This document shows, piece by piece, positions 44,081 through 56,872 of a stretch of 64,000 nt of DNA. Source of the DNA: an uncultured delta proteobacterium. Its GTDB lineage: Bacteria; Myxococcota; Myxococcia; Myxococcales; Myxococcaceae. Below the pieces are notes generated by a model. That model saw only the letters and a list, made by a program, of their open reading frames with translations, was not told where the DNA came from and searched no databases. Each line of letters starts with the position of its first letter. Position 1 is the first letter of the stretch. The stretch spans positions 64,001 through 128,000 of the forward strand of contig CAVZMH010000018.1 of assembly GCA_963776345.1 (NCBI GenBank), given 5' to 3'. The position numbers and the translations under genes are program-made.

Positions 44081-45361
44081 ATGAAGGTCCAGGTCGAAGA
44101 GCTGTCCCCGGTGGAGCGCAAGCTCTCCATCGAGGTTCCCCCCGAGCAGGTCCAGGCCGAGCTTGGCCGGGCGTACGCCCAGCTCGGACGCCAGGTGCGC
44201 CTGCCTGGCTTCCGGCCGGGCAAGGTGCCCCGTCGGATTCTAGAGGCGAAGTTCAAGGGCGAGGTGGAGGACGACGTCGCCCGGCGGCTGGTGGAGCGGG
44301 CTTACCTCTCCGCCATCTCGGAGCACCACGTCGACGCGGTCGGCGCGCCCCAGCTCACGCCAGTGCGCCTCGACCAGGAGAAGCCATTCGCCTTCGAGGC
44401 CCGGGTCGAGGTCCGGCCGAAGGTCGAGGCCAAGGACTACCGCGGGCTCCCGCTGAAGCGAGTGCAGGCCACGGTGATCGACGCCGAGGTGGACGAGCGG
44501 CTCGAGGCCATGCGCCAGCGCGTCGCCCGGCTCGAGCCGGTGGACGGGCGCACCGCCACCGAGACCGGCGACTTCGCCATCGTCGACTACGTCGGGACCA
44601 TCGACGGCCGGCCGTTCGTGGGGAGCAAGGCCGACGACGTCACGGTCGAGGTCGCGGCCGGAGATCTCCTCCACGGCAACGTGCCCGAGCTCGCGGGCCT
44701 GGTGATCGGTCAGAGCCGGGAGCTCGACCACGCCTTCGCCGCGGACGACCCCGAGCCGAGCCGGGCCGGGAAGACCGCCCACTTCGCCTTCACCCTCAAG
44801 GGCCTGAAGCGGCAGCTGATCCCCGCGCTCGACGACGACTTCGCCAAGGAGGTCGGCGGAGGAGAGACGCTGGCCGAGCTGAAGGCAAAGGTCCGGAGCG
44901 ACCTCGAGGCGGCGGCGAGGACCCGGAGCGCGCAGGACGAGCGCGACCAGCTGGTGAAGGGTCTGGTGGAGAAGAACCCCTTCGACCTCCCCAGGGCGAT
45001 GATCGAGCGCGGGCTCGACGCGATGCTCGACGGCGCGCTGCGGATGATGGCCCGCCAGGGGGTCGATCCCTCGAGGCTCAACCTGGACTTCGCCTCGCTC
45101 CGGGAGGAGATGCGGCCCAAGGCGGAGGCGGAGGTCCGCGGAGCTTTGCTGTTGGCGGCGGTGGCGGAGAAGGAGGGACTCTCCGTCAACCCCGACGAGG
45201 TCGAGGCGCGCATTGCCCAGTATGCGACCGAGAGCGGAGCGCCCCTCCACCAGGTCCGCAAGGCCTTCAAGGAGCCGGACCAGCGCCGGGCGCTCGAGCA
45301 GCGGCTCCGGGAGGAAAAGACGGTTGAATTCTTGAAGGCCGCCGCGAAGGATGAAGGCTAG
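44081..45361 (+). CDS. tig: Trigger factor
   Basis: PGFRPGKVP signature; upstream of clpP-clpX; TTGACA at 44039. Confidence 0.96.
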   Translation: MKVQVEELSPVERKLSIEVPPEQVQAELGRAYAQLGRQVRLPGFRPGKVPRRILEAKFKGEVEDDVARRLVERAYLSAISEHHVDAVGAPQLTPVRLDQEKPFAFEARVEVRPKVEAKDYRGLPLKRVQATVIDAEVDERLEAMRQRVARLEPVDGRTATETGDFAIVDYVGTIDGRPFVGSKADDVTVEVAAGDLLHGNVPELAGLVIGQSRELDHAFAADDPEPSRAGKTAHFAFTLKGLKRQLIPALDDDFAKEVGGGETLAELKAKVRSDLEAAARTRSAQDERDQLVKGLVEKNPFDLPRAMIERGLDAMLDGALRMMARQGVDPSRLNLDFASLREEMRPKAEAEVRGALLLAAVAEKEGLSVNPDEVEARIAQYATESGAPLHQVRKAFKEPDQRRALEQRLREEKTVEFLKAAAKDEG

Positions 45362-45372
45362 GAGTTCCCGAG

Positions 45373-45993
45373 ATGCCTCTCATCCCCTATGTCATCGAGC
45401 AGACCCACCGCGGCGAGCGCTCGTACGACATCTACAGCCGCCTCCTGAAGGACCGGATCATCCTCCTGGGGACCGAGATCCACGACGAGCTGGCCAACGT
45501 CATCGTGGCCCAGATGCTGTTCCTCGAGTCCGAGGACCCGGACAAGGACATCAACCTCTACATCAACTCGCCGGGCGGCTCGGTCACCGCGGGGATGGCC
45601 ATCTACGACACCATGCAGTACGTGCGGCCGGCGGTGTCCACCATCTGCGTGGGTCAGGCGGCGTCGATGGGAGCGGTGCTGCTGCTGGCCGGGGCCAAGG
45701 GCAAGCGCCAGGCGCTGCCCAACGCGCGGATCATGATCCACCAGCCCATGGGCGGCGCGCAGGGCCAGGCGACGGACATCGAGATCCAGGCCAGGGAGAT
45801 CCTCCGGATGAAGGGCCGGCTGAACGAGATCATCGCCCGGCACACCGGCCAGCCCCTGGAGCGGGTCGAGAAGGACAGCGACCGCGACTACTTCATGGGC
45901 GCCCAGGAGGCGCGGGCATATGGCATCGTGGACGAGGTGGTCTCGGTGAACCGGAAGAGCCTCAAGCCCGCGGAAGAGCGGCGCGATCGCTGA
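45373..45993 (+). CDS. clpP: ATP-dependent Clp protease proteolytic subunit
   Basis: [22 protein letters not shown]. Confidence 0.98.
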   Translation: MPLIPYVIEQTHRGERSYDIYSRLLKDRIILLGTEIHDELANVIVAQMLFLESEDPDKDINLYINSPGGSVTAGMAIYDTMQYVRPAVSTICVGQAASMGAVLLLAGAKGKRQALPNARIMIHQPMGGAQGQATDIEIQAREILRMKGRLNEIIARHTGQPLERVEKDSDRDYFMGAQEARAYGIVDEVVSVNRKSLKPAEERRDR

Positions 45994-46078
45994 ACTTGCC
46001 CCGGGGCGGGCTGCATCCCGGCGCCACCGGCTGTTAAGAACGAAAAAGCGGGACTAGATTCGGCAGTCGAGGGCTTCG

Positions 46079-47350
46079 ATGGCAGGGAAGAACGTGGAGA
46101 AGTCCAACCAGACCCTGAACTGCTCCTTCTGCGGCAAGTCGCAGAAGGAGGTGAAGAAGCTCATCGCTGGGCCCACGGTCTACATCTGCGACGAGTGCAT
46201 CGGCCTCTGCAACGACATCATCGCCGAGGAGATCGACCGGGAGGAGACCAAGGACACCAAGCTCCGCATCCCCCGGCCGAGCGAGATCAAGTCGATCCTC
46301 GACGAGTACGTGATCGGGCAGGAGCGGGCGAAGAAGGTCCTCGCGGTCGCGGTCCACAACCACTACAAGCGCATCGAGTCCAAGGTCGCGATGGACGACG
46401 TGGAGCTGCAGAAGAGCAACATCCTTCTGCTCGGCCCCACCGGCAGCGGCAAGACGCTCCTCGCCCAGACCCTGGCCCGCATCCTCAACGTCCCCTTCAC
46501 CATCGCCGACGCCACCTGCCTCACCGAGGCCGGCTACGTGGGCGAGGACGTGGAGAACATCATCGTCAACCTGCTCCAGGCCGCCGACCACGACATCGAG
46601 CGCGCCCAGCGGGGCATCGTCTACATCGACGAGATCGACAAGATCGCCCGGAAGAGCGAGAACCCGAGCATCACCCGCGACGTCTCCGGCGAGGGCGTGC
46701 AGCAGGCCCTGCTCAAGATCATCGAGGGCACGGTGGCCAACGTCCCGCCCAAGGGCGGACGGAAGCACCCCCAGCAGGAGTTCCTGCAGGTCGACACCAC
46801 CAACATCCTCTTCATCTGCGGCGGCGCCTTCGGCGGGCTGGACCAGATCATCGAGCGGCGGCTCGGTGGGCGGTCGCTCGGCTTCGGGGCGGACATCAGG
46901 GAGAAGAAGCAGCGGAACCTGAGCGAGCTGCTCCAGCACGTCGAGCCGGAGGATCTGCTCAAGTTCGGGATGATCCCCGAGTTCATCGGGCGGCTCCCCA
47001 TCGTCACCGCGCTGGAGGAGCTGGACGAGGGCGCGCTGACCAGCATCCTCAGCCAGCCGAAGAACGCGCTGGTGAAGCAGTACCGGAAGCTGTTCGACCT
47101 CGACGGGGTCGCGCTCAAGTTCACCGACGGGGCGCTGAAGGCCATCGCCTCCGAGGCGATCCGCCGCAAGGCCGGCGCGCGCGGGCTCCGCTCCATCCTC
47201 GAGAGCGCGATGCTGGACGTGATGTACGACATCCCGTCCCAGAAGACCGCGCGCGAGGTGGTGATCTCCGAGGAGGTCATCCTCAAGAAGAGCGAGCCGG
47301 TCATCCTGCACGCCACCGACAAGGAAGAGCTGCAGAAGGAATCGGCCTGA
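46079..47350 (+). CDS. clpX: Clp protease ATP-binding subunit ClpX
   Basis: CSFCGK zinc finger, [19 protein letters not shown]. Confidence 0.98.
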   Translation: MAGKNVEKSNQTLNCSFCGKSQKEVKKLIAGPTVYICDECIGLCNDIIAEEIDREETKDTKLRIPRPSEIKSILDEYVIGQERAKKVLAVAVHNHYKRIESKVAMDDVELQKSNILLLGPTGSGKTLLAQTLARILNVPFTIADATCLTEAGYVGEDVENIIVNLLQAADHDIERAQRGIVYIDEIDKIARKSENPSITRDVSGEGVQQALLKIIEGTVANVPPKGGRKHPQQEFLQVDTTNILFICGGAFGGLDQIIERRLGGRSLGFGADIREKKQRNLSELLQHVEPEDLLKFGMIPEFIGRLPIVTALEELDEGALTSILSQPKNALVKQYRKLFDLDGVALKFTDGALKAIASEAIRRKAGARGLRSILESAMLDVMYDIPSQKTAREVVISEEVILKKSEPVILHATDKEELQKESA

Positions 47351-47352
47351 GC

Positions 47353-47799
47353 GTGGCGGTCGGGCTCCGCGCCCGGCTCCTGTCCGAGCTCGAGCGGTAC
47401 CTCCCGGAGGAGTCGCTCCGGTCCTTCGCCTCCGGCGAGGCGCTCACCCCCTCCATGCTCGCCGACCGGGCCGTCCGCTCGCTCGCCGCGCGCGCCCTCG
47501 AGGTACGCCAGGCCACCGACGCGTCCTCGCGCATCCGGGCGCTTCCCGCCATCGGGGGCGCGGAGGTGGCGCGAGACATCATGCCCGCGCTGGAGCGCAT
47601 CGGCCGGGCGACGGACGCGCCGGCCGACCTCATCCGCCCTGCCTCCCAGACCGCGGGAGCGCTCCTCCGGCTGGAGAGCCCCGGGGGCGAGGACGCCGGC
47701 ACCGAGCAGCTCCTCGCCGCGGTGGTTCGCCTGGCGGCGGTGTCGGTCCGCTCGGGGCTCCCGGCCGGCGAGGTCCTCCGGCTCCTCCTCGAGGCCTGA
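47353..47799 (+). CDS. Hypothetical protein
   Basis: Helical 148-aa reading frame with GC3 bias immediately after clpX. Confidence 0.55.
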   Translation: MAVGLRARLLSELERYLPEESLRSFASGEALTPSMLADRAVRSLAARALEVRQATDASSRIRALPAIGGAEVARDIMPALERIGRATDAPADLIRPASQTAGALLRLESPGGEDAGTEQLLAAVVRLAAVSVRSGLPAGEVLRLLLEA

Positions 47800-47972
47800 G
47801 GCGCGCCGCGGGGCGCCCGCTCGGTGCCGCGCCGCCGTCGGCTTCCACTGCTTCGACGCATTGCGTCCGGACGGAGACCCGGCTGCAGCCCCCGGTTTCG
47901 CTGGACAGAGCACGCGTCCTCGGGTCCGCTCTGCCCAGGCCGTGCCGAAGCGGGCGCGCCCAGGGGGAGATC

Positions 47973-48458
47973 ATGCGACGGCTGCTCTCGTCTGCGCTGG
48001 CCGCGGGCTGCGCGCTGGCGTGCAGTCACGGCTCGGACGCGGTCGCGCCCTCGCCACAGGCGTCGTCCGAGTCCGTTCGCGCGGCGATCGCCGCGAACAA
48101 CGCCGAGTTCGCGCGGGCGATCAAGGCGAAGGACACGGCCGCGCTGACCCATCTCTTCACCGAGGACGGGATCCTCATCTCGCCCGGGGGCGGCTTCGTG
48201 AAGGGTTGGGCGGCGCTCGAGCCGCTTTGGGTCGATCGCCTCTCCAAGGCCACGTTCCTCGACGGGGGCATCACCACCGAGGCGCTCGAGATCCGCGGCG
48301 ACATCGCCGTCGAGGCCGCGCGGTTCGCCTGGACGATCCAGCGCGGCGACGCGGCGCCAGTCGCTCGCACCGGCCGGGCGCTCACGGTGTGGCAGCGTGG
48401 GACGGACGGGCGGTGGCGGATGCTCGCCGATCACCCGGAGTACGACCCGCTCAAGTGA
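47973..48458 (+). CDS. NTF2/SnoaL-like (DUF4440) lipoprotein
   Basis: Lipobox ALAC; LFTEDGIL; VWQRGTDGRWRMLADH. Confidence 0.85.
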   Translation: MRRLLSSALAAGCALACSHGSDAVAPSPQASSESVRAAIAANNAEFARAIKAKDTAALTHLFTEDGILISPGGGFVKGWAALEPLWVDRLSKATFLDGGITTEALEIRGDIAVEAARFAWTIQRGDAAPVARTGRALTVWQRGTDGRWRMLADHPEYDPLK

Positions 48459-48515
48459 GGCGCGCGCCGAGAACGGGTTGCGCGATCGACCGACGGACGG
48501 CGGCTCTCCGGCGCC

Positions 48516-48791
48516 TCAGCGGCGGATTGGCACGGGCGGCGCGAGGTCGGAGGTCGCTGCCACCGTGGCGCCGGTCGAGAGATCCTTCACCTCGTGCTCC
48601 AGCGCCTCGATGCGCATCTTCAGCCCCTCGAGGTCCCCGGGACGCGCGCCCTGGCCCTTGCCGGCGACCAGCGCGTCCACCACCGGCCGCGCGGCGAAGC
48701 GAATCGCCAGGCCGAGCACCGGGATGAGCACCAGCAGCGACCCCATGATCGCCGCCACCATCTGCACCAGATCGATGGGCAGGGTATCCAT
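48516..48791 (-). CDS. Small TM + coiled-coil protein
   Basis: TM ending RFAARPVVDAL, then heptad LKMRIEALEHEV. Confidence 0.75.
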   Translation of the reverse strand: MDTLPIDLVQMVAAIMGSLLVLIPVLGLAIRFAARPVVDALVAGKGQGARPGDLEGLKMRIEALEHEVKDLSTGATVAATSDLAPPVPIRR

Positions 48792-48812
48792 CGCTCGCTC
48801 GACGCTCGTCGG

Positions 48813-49103
48813 CTAGCGCCGCAGGCGCAGCGCGCTCCCGGGCTCCAGGGCCGGAGCGCCCGAGCCCTGGGTCGCGCGCAGCCGGAGCACCTCCTGCTCC
48901 AGCTCCAGCACCCGGCGGCCGAGCACCTCCAGCTCCCTGGCCGGCGCGCCGTTCTCCCGCAGCTTCCCGAGCGCCTCCACCAGCGGCTTGGCCGCGAAGC
49001 GCATGGTGATGCCCACCACGAAGATCAGCGGAATCATGCAGCCCAGGGCCACCGCGACCAGCTGGGTCACGTCGACCGGCAGGAACTCGACTCCAAGCGG
49101 CAT
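48813..49103 (-). CDS. Small TM + coiled-coil protein, paralog of the neighbouring gene
   Basis: SD GAAGGAG; RFAAKPLVEAL; LGRRVLELEQEV. Confidence 0.75.
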   Translation of the reverse strand: MPLGVEFLPVDVTQLVAVALGCMIPLIFVVGITMRFAAKPLVEALGKLRENGAPARELEVLGRRVLELEQEVLRLRATQGSGAPALEPGSALRLRR

Positions 49104-49345
49104 CGGACGGTGTCTCCTTCCCCCGCCACACGGGCGCGCCGGGAAACGATTGCACACATCGGAGCCCCGCGGGGCCGATTGGACCGCAGGGTGGGGCGTG
49201 AGCTGCCCCCGGAGGCGAGGGCCCCGAAAGCAGCGGGGTAGGGCCCGAGGGTGTATCCTCCCAGGCCACCAAAGGACGGCCCGTGCCCCGGTCGCCTCCG
49301 GGGTCCGGTGGTGACTCCCCCCCCGGGCCGTAGACACGTCGACAC

Positions 49346-51802
<2,457 letters not shown>

Positions 51803-51849
51803 GGAGGGGCCCCGGCGCAGCGGCGCTCCTGCTAACGTCGGTTTCGGCG

Positions 51850-52872
51850 TTAGGTGCAGTCGAACAGGATCTTCCCCACGTTCTTGTGTTCGTGCATCCG
51901 CCGATGCGCCGCCACGCCCTCGGCCAGCGGGAACACCTGGTCGATGCGCGAGTGCACCTTGCCCTCTCGCCACAGCTCCATCAGCGCGTCCAGCGTGGCT
52001 CGCATCATCGGCGCCTCGCCCCAGAGGTGGCCCACGTTCACCCCGGAGACGGTGATGTTCTTTCCCATCAGCTCGAGCGCATTCCAGCGCTTCATCGTCG
52101 CCAGCCCGCCGGCGACCTTCAGGAGATTCCGTGACTCGCCCGAGGTCGCGTTCGCCCACCCGAAGCAGATGAGGTGACCGACCGGCGCGAGCACCGAGGA
52201 GTCCCGCGCCCACTCGGGGCCGCCGAGCGCGTCCAGCACCATGTCCACCCCCCGTCCGCCGGTGAGGCGCTTCACCTCCTCGACGTAGTCCTGCGTCCGG
52301 TAGTCGATGGGGTGGTCCACCCCCGCTTCCCGGAGCACCGGGTGCTTCGAGGCCGAGGACGTCCCGAAGATCGTCACCCCACCGATGGCCCGGGCCAGCG
52401 CGATCGCCGCCAGGCCCACGCCCCCGGCAGCCATGTGCACCAGGAGCGTCATGCCGGGACGCAGTCTCCCCACGCGGTGCAGCATGTGGTGGGCCGTCAG
52501 CCAGTTGACCGGGAGCGCCGCGGCCTGGTCGAGGTCCATTCCCTCGGGCAGAGGGAGCACGTACCGCGCGTCGGCCAGCGCGTGCGTCGCCTGGCCACCG
52601 AACCTGGTCATGGCCACCACCCGGGTGCCGACCGGCGGCCCGCTCACTCCCTCGCCGAGGGCGGCCACCGTCCCGCTCACCTCGTACCCCATCACCATCG
52701 GCGGACGGGGTGCGTCCGGGTACAGGCCGACCCGCGCGCTCACGTCCGCGAAGTTCAGCCCTGCCCGCGCGACCCGGATGCACGCCTGTCCAGGGCCCGG
52801 CACCGGGTCCGGCACCTCCCGGACGGCGAGCACCTCCGGGAGACCGTACCGGGTGATGGTCAGCGCACGCAT
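51850..52872 (-). CDS. MDR-family oxidoreductase (VAT-1/quinone oxidoreductase-like)
   Basis: GLNFAD, GYEVSG, HMAAGGVG, NVGKI. Confidence 0.9.
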   Translation of the reverse strand: MRALTITRYGLPEVLAVREVPDPVPGPGQACIRVARAGLNFADVSARVGLYPDAPRPPMVMGYEVSGTVAALGEGVSGPPVGTRVVAMTRFGGQATHALADARYVLPLPEGMDLDQAAALPVNWLTAHHMLHRVGRLRPGMTLLVHMAAGGVGLAAIALARAIGGVTIFGTSSASKHPVLREAGVDHPIDYRTQDYVEEVKRLTGGRGVDMVLDALGGPEWARDSSVLAPVGHLICFGWANATSGESRNLLKVAGGLATMKRWNALELMGKNITVSGVNVGHLWGEAPMMRATLDALMELWREGKVHSRIDQVFPLAEGVAAHRRMHEHKNVGKILFDCT

Positions 52873-52925
52873 GCGGGGGCTCCTAGCACACGCCCTGGGC
52901 CGGGCGAGTTGGTAAGGTCGGCGAG

Positions 52926-53486
52926 GTGGAGACGCTCGCTCCAGGATTTCTGATCGCCATGCCCCAGCTCGGCGACCCCAACTTCCACCGGGCGGTGGTG
53001 TTCGTCTTCGAGCACGGCCCCGAGGGCGCGCGAGGCCTGGTCCTCAACCGGCCAGGCCCCTTCACCCTGAGCCAGGTCGCCGAGGGGCAGATCGTGGACG
53101 GGCAGCCCCTGTCCGTCGCCTCCCACCTGGCCTCGCAGAAGATCTTCGTCGGTGGCCCGGTCGAGCCCCAGCGGGGGTTCGTCCTTCACGACCGCACCGC
53201 GTTGGACGACAAGCAGCCCATCTCCGACGGCCTCTTCCTCTCGGAGACCGTGAACGCGCTCAAGGTCCTCCTCGCCGACTCCGACGGGAACATCCGCTTC
53301 TACCTGGGCTACAGCGGCTGGGGCCCCGGCCAGCTCGAGCGCGAGCTCGCCGCCGGCGCCTGGCTCTTCACCGAGGCCGCCCCCGCCGCCGTCCTCGGCG
53401 GCTCGCCTCAGACCCTGTGGGGCGACACCCTGCGCACGCTCGGCGTGGACCCGGCCATGCTCCAGCCGGGAGGAGGAATGAACTGA
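52926..53486 (+). CDS. YqgE/AlgH family protein
   Basis: LIAMPQLGDPNF, GGPV, GYSGWGPGQLERE. Confidence 0.93.
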   Translation: METLAPGFLIAMPQLGDPNFHRAVVFVFEHGPEGARGLVLNRPGPFTLSQVAEGQIVDGQPLSVASHLASQKIFVGGPVEPQRGFVLHDRTALDDKQPISDGLFLSETVNALKVLLADSDGNIRFYLGYSGWGPGQLERELAAGAWLFTEAAPAAVLGGSPQTLWGDTLRTLGVDPAMLQPGGGMN

Positions 53487-53749
53487 TGCTGGACCCTGCC
53501 GTCCTCGAGTCGCGCATCAAGGGCGCCCTGCCCGACGCCCAGGTCACCATCCGGGACCTCACCGGGACCGGAGACCACTTCGAGGCCCGGGTCGTCTCCC
53601 GGGCCTTCGAGGGCAAGAGCATGGTGGACCAGCACGCCGCGGTGTACGCCCCGCTTCAGGACCTCCTGGACTCGGGCGAGCTGCACGCCCTGGCGTTAAG
53701 GACCTACTCCCCCGAGCAGTGGAAGAAGCTCGGAGCCCCGAGGACCTGA
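53486..53749 (+). CDS. BolA family protein
   Basis: GDHF, FEGKSMVDQH, LHALAL. Confidence 0.92.
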   Translation: MLDPAVLESRIKGALPDAQVTIRDLTGTGDHFEARVVSRAFEGKSMVDQHAAVYAPLQDLLDSGELHALALRTYSPEQWKKLGAPRT

Positions 53750-53753
53750 ACGA

Positions 53754-54077
53754 ATGACCCCCGATCTCAAGGCGCGCTTCGACCGGGAGATCCAGTCGCA
53801 CCCGGTCGTGATCTTCATGAAGGGCAACCCGCTCTTCCCTCGCTGCGGCTTCAGCGCCGCCGCGGTGCAGATCCTCCAGTCCTACGGCCCGGTGCACGGG
53901 GTGGACGTGCTCGCCGACCCCGACGTGCGCGATGGCATCAAGGAGTACACCCGCTGGCCCACCATTCCCCAGGTGTTCATCCACGGGAAGTTCGTGGGGG
54001 GCTCGGACATCGTCCGTGAGCTCGAGGAGCGCGGCGAGCTGAAGGCGCTCATCGACGGCCAGGCCTCGGCGACCTGA
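53754..54077 (+). CDS. grxD: Monothiol glutaredoxin (Grx4 family)
   Basis: FMKG, CGFS, WPTIPQ, GGSDI. Confidence 0.95.
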   Translation: MTPDLKARFDREIQSHPVVIFMKGNPLFPRCGFSAAAVQILQSYGPVHGVDVLADPDVRDGIKEYTRWPTIPQVFIHGKFVGGSDIVRELEERGELKALIDGQASAT

Positions 54078-54080
54078 GCC

Positions 54081-54893
54081 GTGAGCGAGGACGAGAAGCA
54101 GCCCCCCGCACCAGGGGGACGCCTGACGAGCGGCGCAGAGGCGCCGCGCGACGAGGCTCAGCCCCCCGCACCAGGGGGACGCCTGACGAGCGGCGCAGAG
54201 GCGCCGCACGACGAAGCTCAGCGGCGCATCGTCGAGGCGCGGATGAAGCTCCGCGGCCGCTTCCTCGACAAGATGAGGTCCACCCCGGCCGCCTCCGACG
54301 GGAATCCGCTGGGGAGCGGTCCGCCCAACCGACACGGGATGCCGCAGGTGCCCGTCGGGCAGCATGTCACCGACGGCTGGCCGGTCCTCGACCTCGGCAC
54401 CAAGCCCGACATCTCCACCGACCGCTGGACCCTCCGCGTCGACGGCGCGGTCGAGGCGCCCCTCACGCTCGGGTGGAAGGACTTCCTCGCCCTGCCGCAA
54501 GTGACCGAGGTGAGCGACTTCCACTGCGTCACCACCTGGTCGAAGCTCGACGTCGAGTGGAAGGGGGTGGCGTTCGCCACCGTCGCCGCCCTGGTGCGGC
54601 CGCTCCCCACGGCCACCCACGTCCTGGTGCACGGCCACGACGGCTACACCGCCAACCTTCCGCTGGAGGAAGCGCTGAAGGACGACGTGCTCCTGGTGCA
54701 CACCGCGGAGGGCCGGCCGCTCCCCCGGGAGCACGGCGGGCCGGTGCGGATGATCACGCCGCAGCTGTACGCTTGGAAGGGCTCCAAGTGGATCAAGCGC
54801 CTCGAGATCCTCACCCATGACCGACCCGGCTTCTGGGAGACCCGCGGCTACAGCAACACCGCCCATCCCTGGCGGGACGACCGCTACTCCTGA
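54081..54893 (+). CDS. Molybdopterin-dependent oxidoreductase (sulfite oxidase-like, cytoplasmic)
   Basis: DFHCVTTWS, EHGGPVR, YAWKGSKW, GFWETRGY. Confidence 0.9.
   Translation: MSEDEKQPPAPGGRLTSGAEAPRDEAQPPAPGGRLTSGAEAPHDEAQRRIVEARMKLRGRFLDKMRSTPAASDGNPLGSGPPNRHGMPQVPVGQHVTDGWPVLDLGTKPDISTDRWTLRVDGAVEAPLTLGWKDFLALPQVTEVSDFHCVTTWSKLDVEWKGVAFATVAALVRPLPTATHVLVHGHDGYTANLPLEEALKDDVLLVHTAEGRPLPREHGGPVRMITPQLYAWKGSKWIKRLEILTHDRPGFWETRGYSNTAHPWRDDRYS
54090..54222 (+). repeat. 60-bp tandem repeat (about 2.2 copies), in frame
   Basis: CAGCCCCCCGCACCAGGGGGACGCCTGACGAGCGGCGCAGAGGCGCCGC occurs at 54099 and 54159. Confidence 0.92.
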
Positions 54894-56025
54894 GCTGACG
54901 CAGCTCACCGCCGCTCCGCCCGCCCGGAGCGGGCTCCGCGAGCGGGTCCGGGCCTTCCGGGTCCGGCACGCCCGCGAGGAGGCGATCTCCTTTTTTGCCG
55001 GCGGCTTCCTCTTCGACGCGGTCATGGTGGGCCGCATCGACGAGACGCCCATGCTGGTGCAGCAGGCGGCCTACCTCCTGGTCACCGGGCTCCTGCTCGG
55101 CGCCATGCTGCGCTTCGAGTTCCTCCACCTCGAGCCGCGCAGCTGGCTGAGGCGGCCCTGGCGCTACGTCGAGCACGCGATGCACTTCATGCTCGGCACG
55201 CTGCTCAACGCCTTCATCCTCTTCTACGTGAAGAGCGGCTCGGGCGTGACCGCGGTGCTCTTCCTGGTGCTCATCTCGCTGCTCCTCCTCCTCAACGAGC
55301 ACCCCCGCTTCCACCGGCTCGGCCCGGTGGTGCTCTGCGGCCTCTACTCCTTCGCCCTCACCAGCTACCTCGCATACCTGCTCCCGGTGCTCGCCGGAAG
55401 CCTGAGGGCGTGGATGTTCTTCGCCGCCTCCCTCCTGTCGCTCCTGCCCATCCTCCTCCTCGCGAGGCTCATGGCCCGCTGGGGAAAGGACCCCCGGCGC
55501 GCGTTCCGCCAGGCGCTGGGACCGGCGGTGGGCGTCCAGGCGCTCTTGCTCGTCCTGTTCGTGCTCCACCTCGTCCCGCCGGTGCCGCTCTCGGTCCGCT
55601 CCCTCGGGGTCTGGCACCGGGTGGAGCGCGAGGCCGGCGAGTTCAAGCTGAGCCGGCTGCCCCGGAGCCGCCGGGCGGACCTCTGGCGCAAGGACGAGCG
55701 GGTGTTCCTCGCCCGCCCCGGGGACCGGGTCTTCGTGTTCACCCGCATCTTCGCCCCGCACAACTTCCGGGACGAGGTGCGCGTCCGCTGGGCGAGGTGG
55801 GACCCGGCGCGTGGCGCCTGGGCGGAGAGTGACGCCATCCCCCTGCGCATCGTCGGCGGACGCGAGGAGGGCTTCGGCGGCTACGCCTACAAGCAGAACT
55901 GGTCGGCGGGCGACTGGCGCGTCGCAGTCGAGACCGAGGACGGCCGGGAGATCGGCCGGACCCGCTTCGAGATCCGCGCCGACCCGGAGACCACCGAGCG
56001 GGTGTTCGACGTGCTCACGAACTGA
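54817..56025 (+). CDS. DUF2914-domain membrane protein; start uncertain
   Basis: FFAGGFLFD, several TM segments, GGREEGFGGY...GDWRVAVETEDGREIGR. Confidence 0.8.
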   Translation: MTDPASGRPAATATPPIPGGTTATPELTQLTAAPPARSGLRERVRAFRVRHAREEAISFFAGGFLFDAVMVGRIDETPMLVQQAAYLLVTGLLLGAMLRFEFLHLEPRSWLRRPWRYVEHAMHFMLGTLLNAFILFYVKSGSGVTAVLFLVLISLLLLLNEHPRFHRLGPVVLCGLYSFALTSYLAYLLPVLAGSLRAWMFFAASLLSLLPILLLARLMARWGKDPRRAFRQALGPAVGVQALLLVLFVLHLVPPVPLSVRSLGVWHRVEREAGEFKLSRLPRSRRADLWRKDERVFLARPGDRVFVFTRIFAPHNFRDEVRVRWARWDPARGAWAESDAIPLRIVGGREEGFGGYAYKQNWSAGDWRVAVETEDGREIGRTRFEIRADPETTERVFDVLTN

Positions 56026-56049
56026 CGGCGGCGGCCGGCCGGCCCGGGG

Positions 56050-56793
56050 TCAGTCCGGCTCGGCGCGGGCGTGCGAGGGCAGGTTGGGGTGGCGGAGGAT
56101 GAGCATCTTGACCTGGGGCTGGTTACGCACCACCGCCTGCTTCAGGAGGTGGGCCAGCACCGACGGCGGCGTGCCCGCCCAGCGCGCCAGGTTCTGCACC
56201 AGGAGCAGCGAGCCCACGGTGCGGTGGCAGAACAGCGCCGCGCTCTTCTGGTCCATCGCCAGTCCCACCAGCTGGGCCAGGATGCGCCCCTCGGTGCGGA
56301 AGAGCGTGTCCACCTTCTCCTCCGAGAGGCCGGAGCTCCAGCGCACCCGGAAGGCCTCGCGGCTGGCGATCTTGTTCTTCTCCGGCATCTCCCGGCCGAC
56401 GCTGAGCTGGAAGAGGTCGATCAGCCGCCGCTGGTGGAAGATGCGCTGGAGCAGCGCCGGTGGCGACTGGACGTTCCGGAGCAGCATCCGCTGCACCTCG
56501 GCGTCGCGCAGGAACGCGTCCTTCTTGGTCAGGGCCCCGAGCCCGGTGGGGTGAGGGTGGTGCGCCGCGAGGAGCCGGGCGTGCACCAGGCCGAACCGCG
56601 GGTTCTCCACCAGCGCTCGGGCGACGTTGGGCAGCGGGTCGAAGCACAGCGCCTGGAGCTCCGGGTCGCCCAGCTGCCCGGCCAGCCGGGTCCGCGAGTC
56701 CGCCGGGAACTGGGACAGACGCTCCTCGAACAGCCGCCGGAGCACCAGGCGCTGCGGTTCAGGCTCGGGGGAGGGCGACTCGTCGGAGGCCAT
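56050..56793 (-). CDS. Hypothetical alpha-helical repeat protein
   Basis: ALVENPRF, LLRNVQSP, ILRHPNLP repeats; strong GC3 bias. Confidence 0.7.
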   Translation of the reverse strand: MASDESPSPEPEPQRLVLRRLFEERLSQFPADSRTRLAGQLGDPELQALCFDPLPNVARALVENPRFGLVHARLLAAHHPHPTGLGALTKKDAFLRDAEVQRMLLRNVQSPPALLQRIFHQRRLIDLFQLSVGREMPEKNKIASREAFRVRWSSGLSEEKVDTLFRTEGRILAQLVGLAMDQKSAALFCHRTVGSLLLVQNLARWAGTPPSVLAHLLKQAVVRNQPQVKMLILRHPNLPSHARAEPD

Positions 56794-56872
56794 CGCTGGA
56801 CACCCCCGAGTCTCGCCCAGCCCGGGGGAGGCATGCACGGAACCCACCCCCGCCTACACCTCCCTGGGGGGC

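Noticed and set aside
54090..54222. CRISPR-like array
   Set aside because: Two adjacent units without unique spacers and no cas genes.
52926..54893. yqgE-bolA-grxD-molybdoenzyme run as a novel system
   Set aside because: bolA-grxD linkage is well known and nothing in the sequence ties the other genes to it functionally.
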